Program-made: the position numbers and the translations under genes
Notes under the pieces: generated by a model
Databases searched by the model: none
What the model saw: the letters and a program-made list of their open reading frames with translations, nothing else
Told to the model about the DNA's origin: nothing
Origin: Octopus sinensis
Lineage: Eukaryota
NCBI RefSeq assembly: GCF_006345805.1
Contig: NW_021832602.1
Span: 230,243-294,242, forward strand
Length of the DNA: 64,000 nt
Direction of reading: 5' to 3'
In this document: piece after piece, positions 23,705 to 35,751 of the stretch
Layout: each line of letters opens with the position of its first letter
How positions within the stretch are numbered: position 1 is the first letter of the stretch

Positions 23705-26204
23705 TCAAATTTGACCCAAATGATTTTCTGAGGATGGAACACGCATTTCACATTCAGCTAAAAACAAAAGAAGGTCGTCATGTTCATTCTTCAAATGTTC
23801 ATAACACAACCTCAACTGAACAGCCTCCTCCTGCTTTCTATCACTTTCACACTGAACAGCATAATAAGCAGAATTCCATTTCTATCACTTTCACACAAAC
23901 ATACTACCGACAACTCGCATTGTAGTGAACGCAGCTGATCCTCAAGATAGCTAATGTGACTGGCCATCCTCTCCATTTCGGGAATCTTCCCCAACTCGGT
24001 TTCCTGTCTCTGAGACTTTTTTAAAGCATCGATCTCCGTGTCCTGCAATGATCAACAGAATTACCTTTTCTGCAATGATTAAAGAATAATATTCTGTCAG
24101 CGTCTGTTCCTGAACGGAAATAACAGTTCTGGGAATAGACGTGTCAATCGATTCAAAATCCCCTAAAGTAATAAACAACGATAAAACCTCTTGATCGAGC
24201 CACAAATCTTAAAAATTGAGGATCGAGTGAAAATGACTCGGGGACGAGACTTATGTTCGATGCCGAACAAGACAAAAACAAATCCGAACAACAAAACAAG
24301 TCCACTCGATCCAAAAAACATTGAAATGAACCGCATCCACGCACAAGAAAATGTATTATACTCTCTTTGGTAAATTCGGGTACCGTATCTTGGTTATACA
24401 CCAACAAATAAGCCAGGAGAATCGAAAATAATCCTGTCATTGGAGAATCAGCCTCCCCACTGCAAACATGGCCAATCAACTAAAATAATAATTTAAAGTT
24501 TACAAAATTCATAAAATTTTGCATTTGAAGTACACAGTGAGTAGTCTTGGCAGACTGAGCAGTCCACGTGGATAACAACATGATCATTCCGCCGGATACG
24601 AGAAGGGACAAATCCTACAATAAAGATACCTTTCAACCTTCATTAAAATCTCAGCACAATGGTACAAAAGTAGTGTTGGAGGAAAATGGGCACTCGGGGA
24701 GACCTGAACTCTCAGCAGATCGTCCTTCTGGGATTCCTCCCCCAAACAGCTCATAATCACAACAGAAGATAGAAACACGGACAAATAATCATTACTGAGT
24801 AGTCCCCCACATAAAACACGCCCAATCGAGCCACCACCACTTTTTATAGTCGACGTGGGCAGGAAAGTTTTTATTACGGACTCTCTCCTTTTCTGGTTGC
24901 TATCAAAATATGCTCGCAGACAATTAAGAATCCCAACTCTGACTTGGCTACTCCGACTGGTTTCCATCATCCACGTGGTTAAAGTGATGACCAATGGTCT
25001 ACTTAAAAAGAAGAATAATACTTGCCAGAAAGAGGCATAAACGAACTTTCCAATACTTCTTGACAAAATGCATTTCCTCGAACTACATCTGTCACTACTC
25101 CTAAACACTACGACTAAATATGAAGCCAAATACATCCAGAAACAGATCCCCAGGTAAATCAGGTCGGAATGTCAATTCTACGAGACTCTTCAACAACCCA
25201 GACTTTCCGATATATTCCTGAAAGCGAATAATCGAATGAGAAGTGTTCCTTCTATTCACAAGAGTTCCTACAACCTGGAAATAAGACTTTAAACAACTTT
25301 GAGCAAAAGAAGCAGACAGACCGCATTGGTTTCGTTGATATCACTCAACGAAGAGAGGAAGGACGTAAAATCCTTAAGCGAAGGCCCCTCACAGAATGCC
25401 AGTTTGTTAGAAGAGTGGTTGATTAACAAATTTAGAACAAGCAAAAGAGCTTCCTCAATGACAGTTCCTTAGGAATAACACATTTATATCACCTCCAGTG
25501 ACAAATCCCTCTAATTTGATGATATTTACTGCACGCAGGAATCCGTTGTTGAAAACAACAAGTCTTTTGACGTCTCTGTCTTCGATTGTGAGCTTAGTTA
25601 GGAGTGAGAGGGCAGCACATCTGAGAAAGTCCCACTTATCATCCAATAGATCGGTCAAAACAGAAAAAATTGTGGTTGAATCGGCCAACATGAGTTCAGT
25701 CAATTGAGGACAGAAATCCACAGCTAGAGAATGAAGAATCTGAAGGCTATATCGAAGAACGTTTTTCTCCGGACTCTAAGCAGTCAGTGATTAGTTTTAC
25801 TGTGAAGAAATCCATCAAAAAACTGAGTGTTTGAGGAGAATAGAGGACTCTTTTTTTGCTGACCATTTCCTCATTATGCTCAGACATGGTTTCGTAAAGT
25901 AGTTTTAAAGAAAGAGACAATACTTCGTTGTCCTCTCTAAATGTAGAGTTAGTGAAGTACCTGTGTTGTTTGAATAAGTCTATGATTATGTCAATGTGCT
26001 CAGGTGTAATTAAAGATGAGTATTTATTGGTGAGAGTAGCTAAAGACTTGAGGGAGTCTCGTATATCTTGGAGAAGGGTTGAGGTTTTAACTCTGTTGAA
26101 AAGGTTGTTGATCTTAAAATGGTGAGAAGGGGTTATACCACTTCCTTGGGTTCATCTTGCTGCTCGTGGGGAGTTTTACTCCATAGATTTGCCATCCACG
26201 ACAT
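23705..26204 (-). CDS. USO1: General vesicular transport factor p115, about 12 mini-introns
   Basis: Spliced motifs are STLLQDIRDSLKSL, LTDLLDDKWDFLR, LVVFNNGF, GGTVIEEALLLVLNLL, DVVRGNAFCQ and the C-terminal NEHDDLLLFLAE; TGA at 23705-23707. Confidence 0.92.
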
Positions 26205-26309
26205 CTGAATATTTTCCACCACGTCAAAAAGATTACGTGTTATAAATATTTAAAAATTTTATATTAGAAAAAAAAGTCCGTAAAGAATTAAATAAAGAAT
26301 AAAGTCAAT

Positions 26310-27559
26310 TTAAAGGATATCGTCTTCAAAAGGAACCTCATCAGGAACCTCATCAGGAACCTGTTCAGGACCAACCCTGCGAATCTTATAGTTCTTGTAA
26401 AGACCACTGACTAAGTCAGTCACACATAGATCGGTGGAATTATTAGAAATCATTTTCAAAGCAAAAACCCCATCTTTCATTAAAACATTTTCCACAAATT
26501 CTCTGAGAATAGAATATAAATCTCCTTCATCAAAAAGATCATCTCGAATGTGTTTTCTTATGTATTGAACACTGCTATTTGTAGACACCAAGTACCAACA
26601 CCACTTGACAAGACTGTAAGCGTTGAAGCAGACTATCATGACCAGCCAGAACCAGTAGAAGCAAAAAATAGCCTCAGAGAATAAATTTATAGGAAGCACA
26701 CATTGCACTGTGTAACGATGTCCTTTGATTTCATATCCAACTTCCCGTACACGCAAATCACAATAAGTGACTCTTGGAAAATAGTAAGAATCAGCATTTG
26801 GTTTCCCAGAATTAAATTTGTGGAGTAATTGAATTCCATAGAAACTAATTTCCCCACTCGATAGCAGCATGTCTGTAAGAACGCACTGAACAACTGTGTT
26901 GACAAAGTACATAATTTTTGTAAAAATATACAACCGACAGAGGTAACGGTCATATTTTTTACCGCCACAAAATATAATTGCCATAATTTCTTTTATAATA
27001 TCTAGCTTGTTTGATTTATCCCACCGCCTTCTCATGTCAAAATATCGGTTAAAATACTCCGTCATTAATTTAATGATCTCCTCTTTGTCCTCAGTGTTAC
27101 CTGCGTCGATATACTTGTTTGCCGCTCTGATCATGCTGTTAAGGTTAAGTCCGCTTTTCTCATTATTTGCTCTCCAAAATAGGCATGGGATTTGATAGAA
27201 AAGAGCCAATCCAAGCAGAATGAAAGGCATCCATTGATAATAGCGAAGTTGAGGTTTAAAATTTAAATCGTCGGTTTCAGGAATATGTTGGTCCATGGGA
27301 ATATTATATGTGTTTTTTACCCAGCAAAACTTTTCAGTATAAATAACATAATCATCTTAATTAAAGAATTTATTTGGTACTAACATATAAATTGTGCTGG
27401 AGACCAGCATTGGATTGTAGTTCCGACATATTCATAGGTCGTAACTACAACTGCAAATAAAATCAGAAGCCAGGATGAATAAGTATGATTAAGACGATCA
27501 GTTCTGTCGTCGTCTGTTCGAGCATTTACAACGTTTTTGACTATTTCATACAAGTCCAT
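26310..27559 (-). CDS. inx: Innexin A (2 exons, 29-nt intron)
   Basis: DDRTDRLNH, IQCWSPAQF, FCW, YYQWMPF, FPRVTYCD, CVLPINLFSEAIFCFYWFW and DGVF. Confidence 0.96.
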
Positions 27560-28391
27560 CTGATAGCCAATCTACATTTGCCGCAAAATCTCATATATAT
27601 TTGATAATAAAATTTTAATCTTAAAATACATACGACAAATACTAATATATGTGTTGCAAAAATAAATTTAGATTAAAAAACATTTTTATGAAAATGAATT
27701 AAAAGTTATCTCGAAATTTTTATTTATCTGGATTTAGATCATTTTACCTTAAACAATTAGATAATCAAATTTTTCCAAAATCATATTTTTTTCAAGATTG
27801 TAATAATTAGAATACACTTATCGGGGAATCACTCTCGTTGTTGTTCCTACATGCAATTTAAAAGTAATATTAAGTCGAAAATGCTTTTTGAGAGATTATT
27901 TACAATACTTTCTTTTAAAAATTTATTTGTGGTTTTATATCTTATCTAAAAATAAAAATATATATTTTTATGTCAACAAAAATATGATGTTGATAGTTTC
28001 TAGATGACAAAATTAATTAAAGAAAAAAAACTGTTTATACTAAGAGCATCACTTGAGAACAGCAAGTACTTGCTCTATGTTTATGAAGTTTTGCAAGACT
28101 GATCATCGGGAACACAAGATGAGCAGCCCTCATAAAAACAATCTGCATCCAACTTAACTATTATTTGCAGTATTTTGTAATCACTCCAGCTTTTTTTGTC
28201 ACGCAAATAATTTGATTATTATTAAAAGCACTTTCACAGGACCAAAGAATGTAAATTAACTAAAATCCCTTTTCGAAATTCTATTCACCTGATTTCTTTA
28301 TCGGTATTTGTTCCTTGCTTCTGCTCTTAGTTCTTCTAGGTTTTTCGCACATTTAAGTTTTCTTCCAAATCATTAAGATCATTGTTTAAAG

Positions 28392-29353
28392 CAGCGGTTC
28401 TCAAATGCGGCCCTCAGGATTTTTTTGCGGCCCCTCTAGAGTAACTAACTTTTTTAATCTTTTATAATGTTAAAATTTAATTATTTATTCTTAAGGTTAA
28501 AATAAACTTTAAATAAACTATTTTAGCGTGGCATTTTTTATTCTTCCTATGTCTCGTTGTATTAAGAAAAATTTTTATGGTCCATTGTAAGGAAAGGCAC
28601 AGTGCCTTATTTGTTATGCGGTGCTGTTCAAAAATGCGTCCATTGTTAATCTTTACGAATTAATTCCTCAAGACAAATTCAAAAATATAACACACAATGC
28701 ATATATGAATATATCAATGTTTGGATCTACTTATTTATGCGAATCAATATTTAGTAAAATGATTCGAATAAAAAATAAATATCTTAACAAACTCAAGGAT
28801 AATCACTTGAGTCAGCTTTTACGAACTTCTTCGACTTTACTTATCCCGGATTTCAAAAACTTAATAAACAAATAATACTTTCTTTTTAGTTACAACGCCT
28901 TTTGTAGATTTTTTAGCTTGTATTTCTTTATAAAGGAAATGGAAATTAAAAAAAGAAAAAGAGTCCAAAAACTCATTACGCATCAGCAGTGGCTTCACTT
29001 CGGATTGGGGATTGGTACCGTTTTGTTCCTGTGGCAGTCGAGACTTCGGGTGTCACAGGAACTGTAACTGAGTCATTCCTTAAAGAAATCGGACGAAAAA
29101 TTGCTCATGTAAAAAACGACTGAAGGGAACCAACATGGCTTCGACAAAGAATAGGTTTGGCCGTTGTTCGCGGCAATGCCTATTCGATTATGTCGTCAAC
29201 CGCGGAAAACTAGCCTGTCTTATAATTAACTCGTTTCTGAAATAAATTTATCCTAATTAAAAAAAAATATATAAATATATAAAATATTTTTTGTGCGGCC
29301 CGCGAAGCTAATCTGATTAATCGATTTGGCCCTCGAGCTAAAAAGGTTGAGAA
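28392..29353 (+). mobile_element. Non-autonomous Buster-type hAT with truncated right TIR and an internal CRE 3' fragment (about 28975-29260)
   Basis: Left TIR follows gtttaaag; STYLCESIFS motif; insert reads FVPVAVETSG...QRIGLAVVRGNA; right TIR stops at gttgagaa. Confidence 0.8.
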
Positions 29354-30061
29354 TATTTGTGAAAAATATCCTAAAGAGTTTACAATTACACCAAATGGAA
29401 TGCTTTTTTATAAATTATGTGAGTTACATGTGACATGCAAGAAACAATTTTTTGTGAACAAACACAGGGAAACACAGAAACACTTTGCTCATTAAAAGAG
29501 CGAAAGAATGTTTATTTAATGAACAACTTCATGAAGATCTAACGACGATAATATCACAATATTAACCTTTATTACATTTGCTTGATGATTTAGAATCGAC
29601 CAATTTTACTATAAAAAAAAGCATTCAATTATTTGAAAACATTGGATTTTAAAGAAGACGTGTGTGGAATAAAAAATTATATTATCAAAAGGATGAATTC
29701 CAATGATATCACAAAAATTATGAATTTCGATGATCATTCCATTTCACCTTTAGATTATTCTTTGTTGATTGAATGTCAGGCAACATCGTGCGCAGTAGAA
29801 CGATCATTTTCGATTCTTAACAAAATCTTAACTAAGGATAGGAATTTTAAAGTGGATAATGTAAAATATTACTTAATTGTAAATAACTCGATAAACGATG
29901 AATAAAATTACTTTAAATTTTCATAAACGTAGTCTATATATAAAAATAAAGTAGTATTTTTACGGTCAATTATTTGGTCAATTTTTAAAATTTTAAGGTC
30001 AATTACATTGACTTTTTAAGGGCAATTTTTATTTTTTTAAGTCAATAAAAATGTTGCTCTA
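29352..30061 (+). mobile_element. 5'-truncated copy of the CGGBP-like hAT at 8895-10128
   Basis: Near-identical to about 9215-10128, including the right TIR atgttgctcta. Confidence 0.88.
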
Positions 30062-30069
30062 ATAATGAC

Positions 30070-32079
30070 TAGTGCAATTTAAGTGCTAAAATGCTATTTT
30101 TTACTTTTTATATTTTTTTAATATAAAATTGAATTTGGAATAATTATTTTTTAATTTTGTTAAAACAACATACATTATAAATGCTATAAATGCTATTTTT
30201 AATTTTAAATGCTAATTTAAATTGCATTTAAAATTTTTTTAATGCCACCCATAAAATGATAATAAATTAATTTAAATAAAATAATTTAGAACGCTATATA
30301 GTATTTTGAGTGATGCCAAAACCCAATTGTTCGTTGCTTAAGAAATCCAAGCGTATAGTCTCAGAATTCAAAGATGAGTTCTGTATTGCTTACGATGGCC
30401 TTCTATTTTGTTCTCTTTGTTTATCCAAAGTCAACTGTGCAAAAAAATTTTCAGTCGAATCTCATCGTTCTTCTTTAAAACATCAGAACAATATGCGTAT
30501 AAATGTAATACAATTGTAGGTCATTCATGTGATTCAGTTCAAACAACATTAACTGAATCAATCAAAGTAGATTCGGTTAAAGAAACGATCACGGAAGCTT
30601 TTGTACAAGCAAACATCCCGCTATACAAATTAAAAAATGATTCGATCAAAAAAATGTTTAAAACATTTAACATTAACACTCCGGCCGAATTTTCATGCAG
30701 AACTACGGTTAAATTTCTTGCACAAAAAAAGATAAATGAGTTGACATAATTATTAACGTATTAAAGTTTATTTTTTAACTTTTAGAAACGAAAAGATTTT
30801 TATAATAATTGATGAAACAGATATCCGAAGGAAAAGTTTTGTAGTGATTCTAATTGGAAGCATTCGCTTTCCAACAAAATCCTATTTGGTTGAATGCAAA
30901 CCACTGGAAAATCATGCCAATGCTGCTATCATCTGCCAAATAATAGATGACGTCATTAGAGAAATGAAGATTATTCGTGACAATTTTTATCTGTTAATCT
31001 CAGATGCCGCTCCTTGTATGATTTCTGGTGATATAAAAATATCTAAATAAATAGGCGGTAAAACTTTAATGGTCATGTATAACAACATGCATCATGTGAC
31101 TTGTGTTTCTCATTTGTTACACAATACGGTTCTACGTATAAAGTCTGCATATCCGAAAATAGATGGCTTAATTGCTAGCATTAAAGCTGCCACAGTAAAA
31201 AACCGAAGACGTCGTAATTTGTTTAAGGATGTTGGATACCCACCTGATGTCGTAATTACTAGGTATTCTTTTTCTTAATTTATGCAGATGGGGAAGTTGG
31301 TTTAAAGCAGCGAAATATTATTTCACGAATTTTGAAAAAATTTGTGAAATTGTTAACGCATTTTAGTCAGATGGAGTTTTAGTATCAAATGCTAAACATC
31401 ATGTAAATAATCCCGATATTAAGTTGAAATTAACGGAGATCATATGCAATTATTCACAAATAATAGATATTCTCAAAGTTTCGGAATGTTGCGACTATTC
31501 AATCAATCGGGCATATTATGACATAGAAGGACTACATTTTTATGATGATAAGGCAAATATTAAAAATTATATGCATAAAAGAATGGAGGAAAACGGATTT
31601 AAACCTATTATTGAGATGAATGAACCGAAAATTAGCCAACAGGATTATTTTTTACTTTCACGCTGTCAGGCATCCTCTGCATCCGTTGAAAGAGCTATTA
31701 AAATGCTGAAAAATATTTTAAAAAAGATAGAAACTTCTATCCAGACAATATCAAGCATTACTTCTTATTATATTACAATAAATAAAATTTAAATGTTATT
31801 TTTATTATTTTGGCGCCTGGAGATCATATCGAACACAGAGAGAGGATGCGTAGTCTGATTGGGAATGTCGGGATCACCTAATTAATCTTGTTTTCTGGCC
31901 TGACGGTGCTCTTGGTTTTTAAATAAAATAATTTTTTATTATTTTAAGTTATAGATTTTACAATTTTAAATGCTAGATTTGATCATTTTAAGTGCTAATT
32001 TTTTTAATTATAAATGGTAGATTTTGTGATTTTTTAGCGCTAAAAATTTTTTTTTAAGTGCTAGAAACAATTTGCCCTA
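30070..32079 (+). mobile_element. CGGBP-like hAT with a decayed, intron-containing transposase
   Basis: TIRs tagtgcaatt/aatttgcccta; TSD ataatgac (30062-30069, 32080-32087). Motifs LFCSLC, IIDETD, LISDAAP, HVTCVSHLLHN, TR|WGSW and SASVER. Confidence 0.88.
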
Positions 32080-32378
32080 ATAATGACAATACGAATGTCA
32101 TGTTCATGATTATGGCGATTTTTTTATTTAGTTTTAATTACCAAAAGAGAGCTGAATCCTGACTCACATAGGTATGTCGTTGCAAATGGAATAATATACT
32201 TTGAACAGGATGGACAACCTGCATCGGAGAGGCAGAAGTCCGATGGACAGAACATCATTCTTGTCATTGCAGAAGATACTGAGTGCATGATCCGGGAAGA
32301 CTAGGTTAAATCTGTTTTTTCCCAAAAGCAGAAATGGGAGGCCTACCTTGCTTCATTGTTTCAGTCAACGCTTTAGCT

Positions 32379-34006
32379 CAGGGGTGCGCAAGTGCGGCCG
32401 TGAATCGATGAATGTGCGGCCGTGGGCACAATTAGGTCATCGAGCAACTAATCTTAAATATAATGCTCATAGTGTTAATTTATCAAGAAAAACCCTAAAT
32501 AATAATTAAAAGTATTCATATTAAATAAAATTCTATTTTTATATAATGGTTAACTTTATTATCATAAACGGCTTAATTTATTTATGTTAAAAGACGACGT
32601 TCTTTGAATGAAGAAAAAAGAAAATTTAATATCAACTGGGAAAGTGAATACTTCGTAGTCGAAACAGACAACAATAGCATGCAATGCTTATTGTGCCATG
32701 AGATTGTGAAAACTATAAAACGGGACAATGCTAAACAACATTTTCAAAGACATTTAGACCACCTAGTTGTCAAGTCCAAGTGTTAAAGAGAGGATCCCGT
32801 CGAAAATTTGAAAACAAATTAAAACAAAAAAAAATGTTTAAAAACTTTTTTAAATGTGGCAAATGCAAGAGTTGAAGCATCCTTTCGAGTTGCTCATATC
32901 CTTGGATCTGCTGGAAAACCTTTTTCAGACGGCGAACTTGTGAAAAGAAACTTTTACTCATCAAAGCAAAAAGAGTGTCCTTTGGATAAAAAAATTTCTT
33001 AATTGACTTAGCATTTCTAATTGATGTACTCACATATATCAATAATTTGAATATATCTTTGTAAGGTAAAGACCAAACAATTTGTCGAATGTATAAAAAA
33101 ATTAACGATTTTATGGATACATGCCGCCTACTGAAGATTCACATAGAAAAAAATGAATTATTTCATTTTCAAAAAGTCAAAAATCTCATTGATGACAAAA
33201 TAATTAATTATGACAATCTTACACCAAATACATTTAATACTATATTCGATTATATTTTGAAACAATTTGAAGAGTATTGGTTGGTTTTAATTAACTTGTA
33301 GTTATTGGTTGGTTTTCATTAAGAAAAAAAAAAAAAAAATTTGAAGAGCGATCTAACGAATTTAAAAAAATTGAATTCAAACTTCAATTAACTGCAGCAC
33401 CACATACTGTTTCGATTGAGAATGCGCCATTGGAATTTCAAATTGAATTATTGAAATTAAAAAATGATCTAATTTTGATAAATAAATTTAATGAAAGCGA
33501 AGATTTGTTGAATGTATGGAAATCATCGACAGATTATCAAAATTTACGTGAAATGGAGGAAATATTCTCGTTTTATTCGGAAGCACATATTTATGTGAGT
33601 CTGCATTTTCCAAAATGAAATATTTAAAAAGTCAATATAGATCTCGGATAACGAATGCAAACTTAGAGTCATGTTTGCGCATGATGATATCTACCCTACC
33701 AGTGGATTTCAATAAGCTCGCAGAAAATACCAAAGATCGTGTTTTAATTAATTTTCCTTCTTTCTTATCTTTTATTCATGAAATAATTATTTATTTTAAT
33801 AATATGATGTCCCTGATGAACGAGAGCATTTCCTGTCCAAGAACTCATTCGGTCTCGATGACAATGGGCAACTTATGCGGTAACTTTTAATAATTAAAAA
33901 AATTACTATATTAATATCGAAAAAATAATGCAGAAAATGTGCGGCCGTGAGAGAGAAGGAAAAAAATGCAATGCGGCCGCAAACCCAAAAAGCTTGCGCA
34001 CCCCTG
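32379..34006 (+). mobile_element. Buster/SPIN-like hAT, decayed
   Basis: TIRs caggggtgcgcaag/cttgcgcacccctg; TSD ctttagct; RKFNINWESEYF...CLLC BED motif. Confidence 0.9.
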
Positions 34007-34008
34007 CT

Positions 34009-34394
34009 TTAGCTCGTCTTATCGTTGAATGCACTGAAGAAGCTGGTCAAGACCATTTCCTCATTATGCTCAGACATGGTTTCGTAAAATAGTTTTAAAG
34101 AAAGGGACAATACTTCGTTGTCCTCTCTAAATGTAGAGTTAGTGAAGTACCTGTGTTGTTTGAATAAGTCTATGATTATGTCAATGTGCTCAGGTGTAAT
34201 TAAAGATGAGTATTTTTTGGTGAGACTAGCTAAAGACTTGAGGGAGTCTCGTATATCTTGGAGAAGGGTTGAAGTTTTGACTCTGTTGAAAAGGTTGTTG
34301 ATCTTAAAATGGTGAGAAGGGGTCATACCACTTCCTTGGGTTCATCTTGCTGCTCGTGGGGAGTTTTACTCCATAGATTTGTCATCCACGACAT
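34009..34394 (-). pseudogene. USO1: Truncated duplicate of the USO1 5' end fused to unrelated sequence
   Basis: Matches 25861-26204, then runs on as VLTSFFSAFNDKTS* to a stop next to the hAT. Confidence 0.85.
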
Positions 34395-34495
34395 CTGAAT
34401 ATTTTCCACCACGTCAAAAAGATTACGTGTTATAAATATTTAAAAATTTTATATTAGAAACAAAAAGTCCGTAAAGAATTAAATAAAGAATAAAG

Positions 34496-35751
34496 TCAAT
34501 TTAAAGGGATATCGTCTTCAAAAAGAACCTCATCAGGAACCTCATCAGGAACCTGTTCAGGACCAACCCTGCGAATCTTATAGTTCTTGTAAAGACCACT
34601 GACTAAGTCAGTCACACATAGACCCGTGGAATTATTAGAAATCATTTTCAAAGCAAAAACCCTATCTTTCATTAAAACATTTTCCACAAATTCTCTGAGT
34701 GTAGAATATAAATCTCCTTCATCAACAAGTTCATCTCGAATGTGTTTTCTTATGTATTGAACACTGCTATTTGTAGACACCAAGTACCAACACCACTTGA
34801 CAAGACTGTAAGCGTTGAAGCAGACTATCATGACCAGCCAGAACCAGTAGAAGCAAAAAATAGCCTCAGAGAATAAATTTATAGGAAGCACACATTGCAC
34901 TGTGTAACGATGTCCTTTGATTTCATATCCAACTTCCCGTACACGCAAATCACAATAAGTGACTCTTGGAAAATAGTAAGAATCAGCATTTGGTTTCCCA
35001 GAATTAAATTTGTGGAGTAATTGAATTCCATAGAAACTAATTTCCCCACTCGATAGCAGCATGTCTGTAAGAACGCACTGAACAACTGTGTTGACAAAGT
35101 ACATAATTTTTGTAAAAATATACAACCGACAGAGGTAACGGTCATATTTTTTACCGCCACAAAATATAATTGCCATAATTTCTTTTATAATATCTAGCTT
35201 GTTTGATTTATCCCACCGCCTTCTCATGTCAAAATATCGGTTAAAATACTCAGTCATTAATTTAATGATCTCCTCTTTGTCCTCAGTGTTACCTGCGTCA
35301 ATATACTTGTTTGCCGCTCTGATCATGCTGTTAAGGTTAAGTCCGCTTTTCTCATTATTTGCTCTCCAAAATAGGCATGGGATTTGATAGAAAAGAGCCA
35401 ATCCAAGCAGAATGAAAGGCATCCATTGATAATAGCGAAGTTGAGGTTTAAAATTTAAATTGTCGGTTTCAGGAATTTTTTGGTCCATGGGAATATGATA
35501 TGTGTTTTTTACCCAGCAAAACTTTTCAGTATAAGTAACATAATCATCTTAATTAAAGAAATTATTTGGTACTAACATATAAATTGTGCTGGACACCAGC
35601 ATTTGATTGGAGTTCTGACATATTCATAAGACGTAACTACGACTGCAAATACAATCAGAAGCCAGGATGAATAAGTATGATTAAAACGATCAGTTCTGTC
35701 GTCGTCTGTTCGAGCATTTGCAATGTTTCTGACTATGCCATACAACTCCAT
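34496..35751 (-). CDS. inx: Innexin B (2 exons)
   Basis: Same motifs as innexin A with an intact frame; ends in IPLN*. Confidence 0.95.

Noticed and set aside
25000-25022. A 20-nt intron in USO1 as an extreme minimum
   Set aside because: The acceptor is tandem (taagtag); the 23-nt option is also in frame and more typical, so it cannot be resolved without cDNA.
28040-28200. Conserved segment upstream of all three innexins as a small ORF or ncRNA
   Set aside because: The frame has a stop in copy B and looks like a Tc1-type remnant carried along by the duplications.
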